Translations under genes and position numbers: made by a program
Assembly: GCA_963804955.1 (NCBI GenBank)
Contig: CAWDSQ010000008.1
Coordinates: 32,001-96,000 of the forward strand
Direction: 5' to 3'
Origin: an uncultured delta proteobacterium
Lineage (GTDB): Bacteria; Desulfobacterota; WTBG01; CAIYCZ01; CAIRTM01
Length of the DNA stretch: 64,000 nucleotides
In this document: positions 9,104 through 19,433 of the stretch, one piece after another
How positions within the stretch are numbered: position 1 is the first letter of the stretch
Layout: each line of letters starts with the position of its first letter
Notes under the pieces: model-generated
What the model saw: only the letters and a program-made list of their open reading frames with translations
Told to the model about the DNA's origin: nothing
Databases searched by the model: none

Positions 9104-10986
9104 CTACTTGAAGCAATCTGCGATATCTACCGTATTACTCTCCCTGACTGCCGTATACTTGCTCCACCAGAGGGCATCGATTTGTTTCAGATAGGGCTTT
9201 GTGCCGGGCGTACGGTAACGGGCGAGATGGCCGGGGCCGCCATTATAAACAGCATAGGTTGCCCGGGCAAGGTTGTCGGAGCCCCCGGTCTGAAGGTGCT
9301 CTTTTTTTGCAATCGCATAATCCCGCAGATAATGGAGCAAAATCTCGCAGCCTGCCCGACCATTGTACACGATATCTCCGGAGAGACCGGCGGGATCATA
9401 GATGCCGCGCCAGACTTTATGATTTATCTGCATAATGCCCACCGATGTGCCATTTGAGGACATGAGGGGGGTGAGCTTATTGTTTTTCCGGATAAACTGC
9501 TGCCAGCAGCTCTCCTGCCAGGCAGTGGCAAACACCATGTCGTGGAACAGGGTATGGTAGTGCGGGTCGAGCTTCTTTTTCTCAAGGGCCTCTGTTGCCA
9601 GGTTATCCAGCAGCTGCTGCACCAGGGGGAGATATATGTCAATATCCTTTTTCTCCGGCGCCCAGTTTTTCAACTTTGCATACGCATCGGTTTCTGCCCA
9701 GGCTTCCTGAAGAGACAGGCAGGCTAAAAAACCTGACGGCGCAGCGTTCTGCACGCTCATGCCGGCATCAAAATCAGGGGGAATTGACGGCGCAGGCAGG
9801 GGGGCTCCCAGGCCCAGCAGAGTGCGCAGCTCAGGATCTATGTCGGTTGAGTAGCTGACTGGGTCCTCGGCTGCCTTCGAATCAAGCTTGCGGGAAATAA
9901 TGCGCAGGCTGTCATCAGAGAGTTCAATGCCGCTGTCCCGGCCCCCCTGGCTCAGGGATATGGCTGCATCGGCGGTGGTAATAAAGCTGGTGGCATCCTG
10001 CAGCTCCCGGCCTGGCTGGGCGCCTGCGGTCATACCCATGGCTGCCGAGCGCACCTGGTCCCAGGTCAGCGCGAACAGATTCGGCAGCTGCTCCCGGGCC
10101 CCTGCGTCTACGGCACATTGTAGTTCGGCAATTGCATAGCGCGCATCAAGAAGTGCTGCCAGGCATTTTTCGCGCTCCGGCCCCGTATTCCTGCGGGCCA
10201 TGCGCTTGACAGCAAAGGTGAGAAAGGCATCCCAGCTCTCCAGCCTGCGCCGCTGTTGCTGCTGCCACATCTTTTCAATCCGCTGCTCACGTGTCGGCTT
10301 TGTGAAAGTCGGCGGAACCCTCACCTCGATCAAAACGCCACGGCCGTCAGGCGCCATTTTGAGTTTTTGTACGGTAATGGATTCGGCCAGGGCTTGTGCC
10401 TCCTCGGGTCTGCTGGGCAGCATGGTTGGCAGCAGCGCGCGCAGCTCGGCCATCGGGCTGGAGAAATCAACCCTGAGCGCTTCGATGCGGGGATACAGGT
10501 TGTTTTTGATGATGCTGTAGAGTTTCAGGTCCGGATGACCTGGAGTGCGGTTTTCATCAAGCAGCCTGTAGCCCGTAATTTTTAAGGCCGCTGAGCTGGT
10601 GGCGGGATCAAGCCACGGCTCGAGCAGATATTTCCACAAATCCTTTCCATTCACGGGAGCCCGTGCAGAGCGCCGTCCTGTATTTCGCCAAGATGAGCGC
10701 TGCCCGGCATGGTGATTTTCAGGCAGCTTTTCTGTACGTCAACATACGGCCTCGCAAGGATAAAGCGGCTGCAGCCGCCGTCTTCGTCAAGAATTGTACA
10801 CTGCTCATCGGGCTCTTTGAAAATCTGCTCCAGCAGGGGGGCTCTGATAAGGCCGGAATCAAAATAGAGCGGCACCTTAAGCAGTGTGGCGGGGCAGGCC
10901 TCAGGCGCAAACCCGAACAGGATCAGCGCCACGAGTGCACTAATTGCTGCGCAGGGAATGGTGATTTTCATGGCCGGTTCTTTCAT
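9104..10986 (-). CDS. Exported lytic-transglycosylase-domain protein (ORFs 10651-10986 and 9104-10654, probably one frameshifted gene)
   Basis: Signal peptide in the first ORF; C-terminal AWQES, SVGIMQIN and YAVYNGGPG SLT motifs. Confidence 0.7.
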
Positions 10987-11393
10987 AATGAATCAGCAAA
11001 CGGTGCATGTATGCGGGATCGGCAATGACAAAAGCCGGATTCCTTATCGATACTACATTGTTGAAGAGATGGATTCTCTCAGCAGCTTTAATAATTCCCT
11101 GAGGATGCCCTGCAAAGCTTTCTTTTATGCTAATCCTTGCGGCTAAAGGCAAGCAGCTGCTGTGTAAGGTGCTAGATGCCTGCTTTGGAATAGTGCAAAT
11201 ATAGGCCGATGGTTGTTATGAGTCAAGGTAAATGCCTGATCAGAATAACCTCGCGGGGGTGGGGTGAGGTGTGCGCTGAATATCATGTATCACAATGTGT
11301 TATGCTCTTTCTGAATCGCCAAAATTCCACAGTGCGGCTACTTGCCAAAACAATTTGCGGAATATTTCGATATGAAAAGATCAAAGACTTAAA

Positions 11394-11474
11394 GTAATCT
11401 CCCAGTGTCCAAACGGATCCGAGCTGGGGAGCCCCATTTAAAAGCCTGATTCCGCGAAGGAGCCGGGCTTTTTT
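11394..11474 (+). repeat. Cassette junction copy 3
   Basis: GTAATCTCCCAGTGTCCAAACGG, then 15/18 match to the tRNA 3' end, then the terminator. Confidence 0.85.
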
Positions 11475-11897
11475 GGTGTCTGCATGGTTTATTAACGTGT
11501 TTGTTTTGCGTTATAGCGGAACAGGGAGATACTATGTCAGCCGACAAGCGCTCGGACATTTAGCTACCCGTTCTTATTGTGTCGGCGACATAATTAACGG
11601 TTGTATGCTTGCTAAAATAAGAGAAGATCGGGTTAGGCTTGAGTGCGATGGAGAAAAGGTAAGACTTTATCTGCATTGATACAGTAACAGCGTATTTTGA
11701 TATCGAGAAGCCTTCAGGTCATGTGCCTGCGCTCGGGGAATTTGGATATATCCCCCGCAGGTGAGCCGCCCTGAGGCCTAAAGATGCATGCAACCCAAAA
11801 TTTTGATATTCCCCCCAAGGTAGTAAGATAAACTGAACGGACAGCTGTTATAAAGAAAATTTGAATGTACTTTATCAGCGTTTCTGTACTCCATAGT

Positions 11898-12425
11898 TTA
11901 CAGCCGTTTTTTTTCTAACCAGTAAAACAGAAAAAGTCCGCCGGCGATAAAAAAGAGAATAATTATCCAGGGGCTCACACCCAGCATCTGGGGAAGCGTG
12001 ATCTTTCCAAAATCCCCCCATGTTAGAAGTGTTTTTTTAAGTGCAGGATAGGCCTCAGCAAAAAGGGCTGCCCCTGCAAGCATGCCAAGCACCCCCCATA
12101 GACCATCAAGCCGACCTTCTGCAAGCGCACCCACCGATGTTCCGGGACAATAGCCAAGTATACCCCAGCCGATGCCAAAAATAAGGCCTCCAGGAATAAC
12201 AGCGCCCAGAATTGTCGGCTTAACAGAGAGTGTGGCAAGGCCGAAATCCAGTAATGCATACACGCCGATCATGCCCACCATCACGGTTGAAAACATAAAT
12301 TTTACAATGGTCATGTCCATGAAGCGCAGTGCCCCAAGCTGCCGGTCATACCGAAGCACGCTGCCGCGCTGCAGAAGAAAACCAAACAGCACGCCGGTTA
12401 CCAATCCGTAGAGGAGTGTATTCAT
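11898..12425 (-). CDS. YeeE/YedE-family sulfur-compound transporter subunit
   Basis: G.LFGFLLQ, GGLIFGIGW...GYCPGT; multiple TM helices. Confidence 0.85.
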   Translation of the reverse strand: MNTLLYGLVTGVLFGFLLQRGSVLRYDRQLGALRFMDMTIVKFMFSTVMVGMIGVYALLDFGLATLSVKPTILGAVIPGGLIFGIGWGILGYCPGTSVGALAEGRLDGLWGVLGMLAGAALFAEAYPALKKTLLTWGDFGKITLPQMLGVSPWIIILFFIAGGLFLFYWLEKKRL

Positions 12426-12955
12426 TGTTCATCCCTCCCTCTGTACAGAATTCTGGCCGTAATAACTCCTCCGATAAAAAAACAAATGAGGGCTATAAAG
12501 CCGCTGACCGCCAGCTGTGCTGAACCACTTAGGCCATGTCCCGACGGGCAGCCATCGGCAAGGCGTGCGCCGAACATTGCAATAACGCCGCCAACAAAAG
12601 CAACTCCTGCCCGTTTGAGAATGCTACCGCCAAATCGCTTGCGCCACATATCGGGAAGAGCCTGAAGTTTATACGTGCTCGAAATTTTGGACGCAATTGA
12701 AGCGCCGAAGAAAATACCGATAACAAACATCCACTGCCAGTCGACGATAGGCGCTTCCTTCATAAAATAGTCCATCGAAGCGACTCGTTCGGGGGTGAAA
12801 ATTTTTTCTATCATACCGGTTGACCGCACGAAGGTGGTTGATGTGCCGAAAAATTTTCCAGAAAGCGCAACCGATCCGACAAGAACAAGTCCGGCGAGAG
12901 CGCCTGCAAGATAAGGATTCCAGAAGCTTTCACCCTGTGTTGTCCTCATGCTCAT
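12422..12955 (-). CDS. YeeE/YedE-family sulfur-compound transporter subunit
   Basis: WNPYLAGAL, FGARLADGCPSGHGLSG. Confidence 0.85.
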   Translation of the reverse strand: MSMRTTQGESFWNPYLAGALAGLVLVGSVALSGKFFGTSTTFVRSTGMIEKIFTPERVASMDYFMKEAPIVDWQWMFVIGIFFGASIASKISSTYKLQALPDMWRKRFGGSILKRAGVAFVGGVIAMFGARLADGCPSGHGLSGSAQLAVSGFIALICFFIGGVITARILYRGRDEQ

Positions 12956-13169
12956 TATGGCCTCCCTTCAAAATAGTATTTTGTTTCCGGCCTCCCCGCC
13001 TCATAAAATTCCCTGCAGCCCGTATGGCGGTTGCATCCTGACAGGTACCGGCTTCGTGGGAGACTGTCCATACATATACGGTTTTGTAATGTGCAAAACA
13101 TTTGCCCTGTAATGACCATGCTGCCTGTTCGGTCAGAATCAAAACCGGCAATCCGTTCACAGGTAAGTA

Positions 13170-14516
13170 TCAGGAACCGCTTTTTTTTATTGGGGCTGCA
13201 AGACCGTGCTTTTTCATTTTATACCTCAGGACCCGCTCGCTAATCCCCAGCGCTTCGGCTGCCCGTGTCTGTACCCAGCCGGTTTGTTCAAGCGCGGCAC
13301 ACAGCAGTTCCTTTTCCATGGCCTCAAGGCTTTGCTCAAGCGTGCCCTGCGTCGAGGCCTGATACTGACGCACTTCAAAGGGCAGAACGGAGGCGTCGAT
13401 CAGGGTACCCCGGGCCAGGGTGATGCTGCGCTGCACGATATGCTCCAGCTCCCGGACATTGCCGGGATAGGGATATTTGATCAGGGCATCCAGCGCTTCG
13501 GGGGCAAGGCGATAGGGCCGGTCGGCATAGCGCTGCAGGAAAAACTCTATCAGCGGGGGGATGTCTTCCCGCCGCGATCGCAGGGGCGGAATTTCCAGTT
13601 CAAGCACCTTGATGCGGTAGTAGAGGTCCTGCCGGAACAGACCGTCTGCGGCAAGCCGGCTGATGTCGCGGTTGGTAGCAGCGATCAGCCGGGCGTCGAC
13701 ATTGATCTGCTGTTCGCCACCGATTCGGGCGAAATGTTTTTCCTGAATGGCCCGCAGCAGTTTGGGCTGCATCGGCAGCGGCAGCTCGGTGATTTCATCC
13801 AGAAACAGCGTGCCTCCATCGGCCAGCTCAAAATGACCGCGGCGCCTGCCGGCAGCGCCGGTGAAAGAGCCCTTTTCATGGCCGAACAGCTCGCTTTCAA
13901 AAAGATTTTCGGGAATAGCCGCGCAGTTGAGTGCAATAAAGCCACCGTCTTTTCTGGTGCTGAGCAGGTGTATGAGATGGGCAAGAAGCTCCTTGCCCGT
14001 GCCGGTTTCGCCCTGAATCAGGACGGGCCAGGGGCTGCCGGCCAGCCTGCCGGCCAGCGACAGCACGCGCTTCATGGCCTGGCTTTTGGCGATGATGTTC
14101 AGAGGCAGATCCCGGTTCTCGATTGCTGCTTCAATATCGGTCACATCGCCGTCAATAGCCGCCTGCTGCTCGATGGTCTGAATTTTTACAAGCAGCTCGT
14201 CCAGGTCGACAGGTTTTTCAAGAAACTCATCGGCGCCCAGCTTCATGACCGCAACGGCCGTATGCACGCTGCTGAAGGCCGTTATCATGATGGCGCGCAC
14301 CAGCGGATTAACCTCCTTCAGGTGCTGTAAAAGCTCTTCACCGCTTTCGCCGGGCATGCGCTGATCAAGCAGCACGAGCTGCACGGGCTCTCGCTGAAAA
14401 ACGGCCCGGGCCTCCTGCCCGCTGGCAGCGGTGAGAACGTCATGGCCCTGGTGCCTGAGAAAGCCGCTGAGCATGTCGCGCTGGCTGGCTTCGTCGTCCA
14501 CAACAAGTATGTTCAT
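13170..14516 (-). CDS. Sigma-54-dependent response regulator (REC-AAA+-HTH)
   Basis: GETGTGKEL, ESELFGHEKGSFTGA, GGTLFLDEI, PGNVREL, C-terminal Fis-type HTH. Confidence 0.95.
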   Translation of the reverse strand: MNILVVDDEASQRDMLSGFLRHQGHDVLTAASGQEARAVFQREPVQLVLLDQRMPGESGEELLQHLKEVNPLVRAIMITAFSSVHTAVAVMKLGADEFLEKPVDLDELLVKIQTIEQQAAIDGDVTDIEAAIENRDLPLNIIAKSQAMKRVLSLAGRLAGSPWPVLIQGETGTGKELLAHLIHLLSTRKDGGFIALNCAAIPENLFESELFGHEKGSFTGAAGRRRGHFELADGGTLFLDEITELPLPMQPKLLRAIQEKHFARIGGEQQINVDARLIAATNRDISRLAADGLFRQDLYYRIKVLELEIPPLRSRREDIPPLIEFFLQRYADRPYRLAPEALDALIKYPYPGNVRELEHIVQRSITLARGTLIDASVLPFEVRQYQASTQGTLEQSLEAMEKELLCAALEQTGWVQTRAAEALGISERVLRYKMKKHGLAAPIKKSGS

Positions 14517-16078
14517 GCCGGTTGATCTCCTGTTGGCTTGGCCGGGAATAGTATAGTGATTAAAAGAATGCCGCCGTCCGCCGGCTGTATGGCAAGAGTC
14601 CCGCCGTGCTCCTGAACAATGCGCCGCACGATGGCAAGGCCAAGGCCCGTGCCGTCCGGCCTGCCGGTAAAATAGGGCTCGGTGATCCGTGCGACTGCTT
14701 CCCCGGGCAGGGAAAAGCCGCCGTTGGTCATCGCCAGGCGAATGTCACGGCCCAGGTCGTCTATGACTATCTTTATAAATCCGCCACGGGGCTGGGCTTC
14801 CATTGCGTTTTTGAGGAGGTTTTCAATGACCTGCTCGATCAGATCCTGATCTCCGGAAACAGGCCGTGCCGAATCAGCCACAAGCTCCACGCTGATGCCC
14901 TGCTGCCGGCAGCGAGCCTCGTAGAGCCGCAGCACTTTTTCAACGCTGCGGTCAAGCCGCACGGCATGCCGCACCAGGGCGCGAGGCACAGCATAGCTCA
15001 GCAGATCGCTTACAATGCCGTTGGTCCTGCGAACGGCGTCACGCATGATCTCAAGCAGGGCCAGGTTCTCACCACTCAGTGCCGGCGCTTCTTTCTGCAG
15101 GCGCTGCAGTCCCATGCTCAGGGCGTTCAAGGGGTTTCGTATCTCATGCGCGATTGCGGCCGCGGCTTTTCCCAGTGCCGCATCCTGCCGTTCGTCAGCG
15201 ATCTTTTTTTCATATGCGCTGATCTGCGCCAGATGCTTTGCCTGCTGCCGGTACAGCACAAGCGACAGCACCAGCCCCAGGCAGGCAACCGCTGCGCTGA
15301 AGCCGATAAAATCGCGCCACAGCCGCTGCATGGCCGTTTCAAGATGCGCGGCATCAAGGCCTACCGTCATGCCGGTTTCGCCCACGGTCATGTTCACTTC
15401 AGCAACCGCCGCAGGGCCGCTGCCCATAAGTTCGACCTGCTGCTCACGCCCCGTCTGCGCAGAGTTGTTTCCGGCAGGCATCGTTCTGATGTACCGAATA
15501 CCCGGAAGCCGCGTGATGGTAGCTATAACCGCTTCAAGGCCGAGCTCTTTTTGGAGCTTTTCTATCCGGGCCGCTTCAACCCCTACCAGCACCCATCCTC
15601 CCTTGTTCGAGTCGGGCCAGCGCAGCACATATAAGTGGGATGCAGCATTATACTGGAGCAACGGCGTTTTTTCAGGATGCAGAGACAGAGCTTTAGTCCA
15701 GCCTGGAGGACCTTCCACAACAGCCCCGCCGGGTCGCGCTATATATATGCCGGCCAGGCTCGCTTCACGGGCAAACCCCGACAGTTCGCCTGCGGTAAAC
15801 GGCTCGATAGCATCAAGATAGAGGATAAAGCGGGCAGTATTGCCCAGAAAGGTCTGCAGCAGTTCCTCGGACACCTGCTGCGACAGCAGCGCACCTTTTG
15901 CGCTTAACTCAATGACATTGGCGACAAGCCCTGAGGCCTCCTTGATTCTTGCGATAAAGGCATCACGCGTCACCTGCGCCTGCCATAGAAAATAGCCGAC
16001 AATGGCTGCAAACATACAGCCGAAGGCCAGCAGGTTGCTGACCCAAAGCGGCAGCGACCTACCGGCCGCCCTGGCCAC
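14513..16078 (-). CDS. Membrane sensor histidine kinase, cognate of 13170-14516
   Basis: Two TM segments, AHEIRNPL, NLLKNA, GTGLGL; start reassigned to GTG 16078 behind GGAGGAGG. Confidence 0.85.
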   Translation of the reverse strand: MARAAGRSLPLWVSNLLAFGCMFAAIVGYFLWQAQVTRDAFIARIKEASGLVANVIELSAKGALLSQQVSEELLQTFLGNTARFILYLDAIEPFTAGELSGFAREASLAGIYIARPGGAVVEGPPGWTKALSLHPEKTPLLQYNAASHLYVLRWPDSNKGGWVLVGVEAARIEKLQKELGLEAVIATITRLPGIRYIRTMPAGNNSAQTGREQQVELMGSGPAAVAEVNMTVGETGMTVGLDAAHLETAMQRLWRDFIGFSAAVACLGLVLSLVLYRQQAKHLAQISAYEKKIADERQDAALGKAAAAIAHEIRNPLNALSMGLQRLQKEAPALSGENLALLEIMRDAVRRTNGIVSDLLSYAVPRALVRHAVRLDRSVEKVLRLYEARCRQQGISVELVADSARPVSGDQDLIEQVIENLLKNAMEAQPRGGFIKIVIDDLGRDIRLAMTNGGFSLPGEAVARITEPYFTGRPDGTGLGLAIVRRIVQEHGGTLAIQPADGGILLITILFPAKPTGDQPA

Positions 16079-16658
16079 CCCGGCCTCCTCCGCTCCCGCC
16101 TGCGCCGCCTCCACCACCACCGCCTGAGCCTCCACCACCACCGCCTGAGCCACTTCCTCCGCCGAACCCGCCACCACCACCGCTTGAGCCACTTCCCCCG
16201 CCGAACCCTCCTCGGCCACCACCTCCACCGGCCCCTCCTCCGAAGCCGCTACCGTGGTTGCCGCCGCCTGCCGAACCCTTGCCCAGGCGCTGCCGAACCC
16301 CGGTCGAGTCTTGCGGGCCGGCGCCCCGTTCACCTGGCTGGCCTGCTGGCCCTTTGCCCCTGCGGTCATTGAAATATGAGTTTGATGCGGAAAAACGACC
16401 GGTGCTTTTATCCATAGAACCCCATACCCGGACAAGCGCGTTCTGCTGAGTATTTTTCGGCAGGGCCGTTCGTTCGATCGTAATGACCTTAGGTTTCTGG
16501 CCGGCATCATCACGTAAGTCGGCAGGGCCGTCGACTACTTCCATCTGAACTGTACCCTTGTCCTGATCAATGGAGATGACCCGGCCGAGTATCAGCTCTT
16601 CGGCGCTGCAGTACGAGATGCACAGCAGTGAAATTAAAAATACCAGGAAAAACCGCAT
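16059..16658 (-). CDS. Exported protein with a long Gly/Ser-rich C-terminal tail
   Basis: Signal peptide, a beta-rich domain and about 60 residues of GGGS-type repeats. Confidence 0.65.
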   Translation of the reverse strand: MRFFLVFLISLLCISYCSAEELILGRVISIDQDKGTVQMEVVDGPADLRDDAGQKPKVITIERTALPKNTQQNALVRVWGSMDKSTGRFSASNSYFNDRRGKGPAGQPGERGAGPQDSTGVRQRLGKGSAGGGNHGSGFGGGAGGGGGRGGFGGGSGSSGGGGGFGGGSGSGGGGGGSGGGGGGGAGGSGGGRGGQGGR

Positions 16659-17683
16659 TGCGTCACCATCTGATGATAGAACTCAGAATTTACTTTTGAA
16701 TTGTTTTTAAGCCACGTCATTTTGCCGTAGACCTCCACCGGGCCGAAAAACCGGCTGACCTGCGCTCCCGCGAAAAACGTTTTATCAGTGCGATTCGTGT
16801 GCAGCGGGCTTTCATCATAGGCCGTGCGCCACAGCCCCGACTCAAGCTGCAGCCGCCAGACTTCGGTCATATCCCAGGTGAGACGGGTGCTTGCATGCAC
16901 CTGCCGGTAGGTTTCAAAGTCGTCGGTAGAATGAAGCCGCGAGTAGCCAGTGAGGATACTGCCGTATACTGTCGGCGTCAGAAACAGGTCGCAGATAAAG
17001 TCGCCGTTTGTCAGATGATCATTGCGCGAGGTTTTCACGACCGACAGCTCCTGCAGATCAGCCTCGGCCCCGCTGCCGCTGCCAGCCAGAGAAAGAAGCC
17101 CCGCGGCAGATGCTTCCTGGCCTTGCGGCTCGGCATAGCTGTAGGAGGAGTTTTTGTAGTTCAGGCGGCTGTAGGTCCCTTCAAGGGACAGTGTCATAAA
17201 ACGGGAATATATCCAGCTCAGCCGCAGGCCGGCAAGATACTGGTCCCGATCGTCCTCCGGCATGTAATCATCGCGGTAAGAATTCGCCTCCACAAGCAGC
17301 GCCGGCACCAGCCGGCTTCCCAATACCGGACGGGCCAGCTCGCCGCGGGCTCTTAAAAAATAATTGTCGCCCACGCGCGTATAGTTTTGATAACTGCCCT
17401 CCAGCAGACCCATAAAACTTGCGCCACCCCCAAGCTGCCAGGTATCGGACATGCCGGCCCGATGGAATATAAAGCCGGAGCCTTTCCGGTTATTGGTCTG
17501 CGCGGGGTTGTCATTATATCCCGCAGACGTCTCCAGGCTGAAATCTGCGCAATCAGCGACTGATGGCCATGCATACGACATAAACACCAAGCTCCCGCAG
17601 ATGAGCACAAGCAGCCTCTCCCGCCAAATGCCTTTTTCTATCTGCTCAGATACTCCGGAAATTTTTTTCGTAAGGCTCGCCAA
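16634..17683 (-). CDS. Putative outer-membrane beta-barrel protein
   Basis: Signal-like segment, GYNDN start motif, alternating amphipathic strands, C-terminal aromatic SWYF; exact start uncertain. Confidence 0.6.
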   Translation of the reverse strand: MASLTKKISGVSEQIEKGIWRERLLVLICGSLVFMSYAWPSVADCADFSLETSAGYNDNPAQTNNRKGSGFIFHRAGMSDTWQLGGGASFMGLLEGSYQNYTRVGDNYFLRARGELARPVLGSRLVPALLVEANSYRDDYMPEDDRDQYLAGLRLSWIYSRFMTLSLEGTYSRLNYKNSSYSYAEPQGQEASAAGLLSLAGSGSGAEADLQELSVVKTSRNDHLTNGDFICDLFLTPTVYGSILTGYSRLHSTDDFETYRQVHASTRLTWDMTEVWRLQLESGLWRTAYDESPLHTNRTDKTFFAGAQVSRFFGPVEVYGKMTWLKNNSKVNSEFYHQMVTQCGFSWYF

Positions 17684-17922
17684 AACCTGCTTGCTCCGGG
17701 GGTTCGCTTTTGTTGGCTAAAAAAGCTCTGCTCAAGGCCAGTACCGCACTCGCAAGATCCAGCCCAAAATTGTTTCTACTTTTACTTTACTGCACATGCA
17801 TTGTATTGCAATAATTATTTTCTATTGTGCAGGCGGGCGGCAAGCACGGCTTGCGAACCCCAAAACCGTGGTTGCCGCTGCCCTCTGGAACTGCACATCC
17901 GCCCGCATAGCATGCTTACTGC

Positions 17923-18444
17923 TTACTTTTTCCCGCCGTACCGGCCACCCCTCCACAGGGGTTTTCCCGTATCGGGATCGCGCAGCTGCACCTCCGTGCC
18001 GTTCACGGTGATCGTCATGGCTATATTGCGCTCAACGCCGGAAAAGTTCACCGTATAGCCGCTGGCCGACACTTCGTCGCCAACCTCCGGCCGGTCAACA
18101 TCAAGCTTGTCCCAGTAGCGCACAGGGCCGATGCCGTACACGGTAGCATTGTCTTCTGCCGTTGCAATCACCATGCCCTGGCCGTAGCCTATGCTGATAA
18201 CAGTTCCTTCATACACAAAAGGCGTTCCTTCAAGAATACCCTGGGCTATTCCGCTGTAGTTTGCCTGCGTGCAGGTGCCGTTGCCCTGTCCGCCATTTGT
18301 GCCATTATACTGCTGGCCGCCCTTGGTGCCGTTACCATTGCCGTCGCTGCCATTGCCACCATTACCATTGCCGGCATAGCCTGAACCTGCTCCGATCAGC
18401 ACCGCCAGAGCAATAATAAAAGCTGTATATAAGGTCTTTTTCAT
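17923..18444 (-). CDS. Exported protein with GNG-rich linker and probable OB-fold domain
   Basis: MKKTLY signal peptide; GIGP..YW.......VGDEVSASGY...LRD..TGKPLW. Confidence 0.6.
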   Translation of the reverse strand: MKKTLYTAFIIALAVLIGAGSGYAGNGNGGNGSDGNGNGTKGGQQYNGTNGGQGNGTCTQANYSGIAQGILEGTPFVYEGTVISIGYGQGMVIATAEDNATVYGIGPVRYWDKLDVDRPEVGDEVSASGYTVNFSGVERNIAMTITVNGTEVQLRDPDTGKPLWRGGRYGGKK

Positions 18445-18570
18445 TTTATCTCTCCTGTTTTTTTGTTTTTCATTCACCGATTATTAAACTCTTTCTGGCT
18501 TTTTCACTATTCATCTTCCGGGGGGCATCACCGTCCTTTCTCACAGTCAACGATTCTGCCCATTTGTCAT

Positions 18571-18673
18571 TACACGAATAATGCCAAAACATTTTTCATG
18601 TTTTTTCAGCAAGTTGCAATAATCGGCACTAAGCCTTTTCGACAATCATTGTTTTCACCCGACAAAATTGTCG
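18571..18673 (-). promoter_or_regulatory. Possible sigma-54 promoter with upstream palindromic activator site for the 18444 operon
   Basis: Minus-strand TGGCATTATTCGTGTA (18571-18586); CGACAA-AA-TTGTCG at 18660-18673 plus a weaker copy near 18640. Confidence 0.4.
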
Positions 18674-18860
18674 AACAGTAGGATTTTGACTTCTCACTAC
18701 AGTAAAGGTTCAGCATACTTCTTTTGGAGAATACTTTTCAACTTGCCAGTTATGTATGGTGGTTCGATCAACCCCCAGCTTTTCAGCTGAGTGACAGTTG
18801 ATGGTATCCTTTATTTGAAGGGGTTTTTTAAAGGCGAAGAAGGCAAATTAAAGGGTTACG

Positions 18861-18940
18861 GCAATCTCCCCGTGCCCGGATGTGTCCGGGGTGGAGAGCC
18901 AAATTTAAAAGCCCGATTCCGCAAGGAGTCGGGCTTTTTT
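18861..18940 (+). repeat. Cassette junction copy 4
   Basis: GCAATCTCCCCGTGCCCGGATGT, then 15/18 match to the tRNA 3' end, then the terminator. Confidence 0.88.
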
Positions 18941-19155
18941 ATTCATAATGCCGCTGTTTTTAAGCTCGTAAGAATGGAAAAGCAGACCGATTATATATTT
19001 GTCAATTTATTTCCTTTCTTCCCCGCGCCTGAAGGGCTGCTTTCCTCGGAGGTTGTGAGAAGGGGGGCGCCATGCTATATTAACAGCAATTGGGTGGTTG
19101 ACCCGTAACGCAACAAATTGCGAAATGCGCATATCAACAGAGAAAGGAATAAGGC

Positions 19156-19433
19156 ATGAAAAAAGTACAAGAATTGATCATTCTTTGCGTTGCCGCTATC
19201 TTTATAGCGGCTGCAGGATTCAGCAGTGAAGGCAGATGTGACGAGCATCCAAAAGCAGACCATCCGGCTGTCGAAGCACCAAAGGCTGCTCCTCCACAGG
19301 CTGAACAGCCTGTTGCGGACCAACCAAAGGCCGACCAACCAAGGCCGACCACAAAGCTGAGCACCCCAAAGCTGAACATCCACAGGCAGAACCTCCCAAG
19401 GCCGACCATCCGTCATCGGAACATCCGCGATGA
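19156..19433 (+). CDS. Small secreted protein made of (K/Q)A(E/D)(H/Q)P pentapeptide repeats (apparent frameshift near 19340)
   Basis: Signal peptide, then DEHP KADHP..QAEQP VADQP KADQP; the shifted frame continues KAEHP KAEHP QAEPP KADHP SSEHPR to a stop overlapping the next ATG. Confidence 0.65.

Noticed and set aside
11473..11679. 68-aa ORF with a faint GspC/PilP-like C-terminus
   Set aside because: It begins inside the terminator with no RBS; at most a fragment and unsupported without a search.
16079..16513. N-terminal extension of the 666-aa kinase ORF
   Set aside because: It is an alternative-frame reading of the Gly-rich gene 16059-16658; a GTG at 16078 with a strong RBS is a better start.
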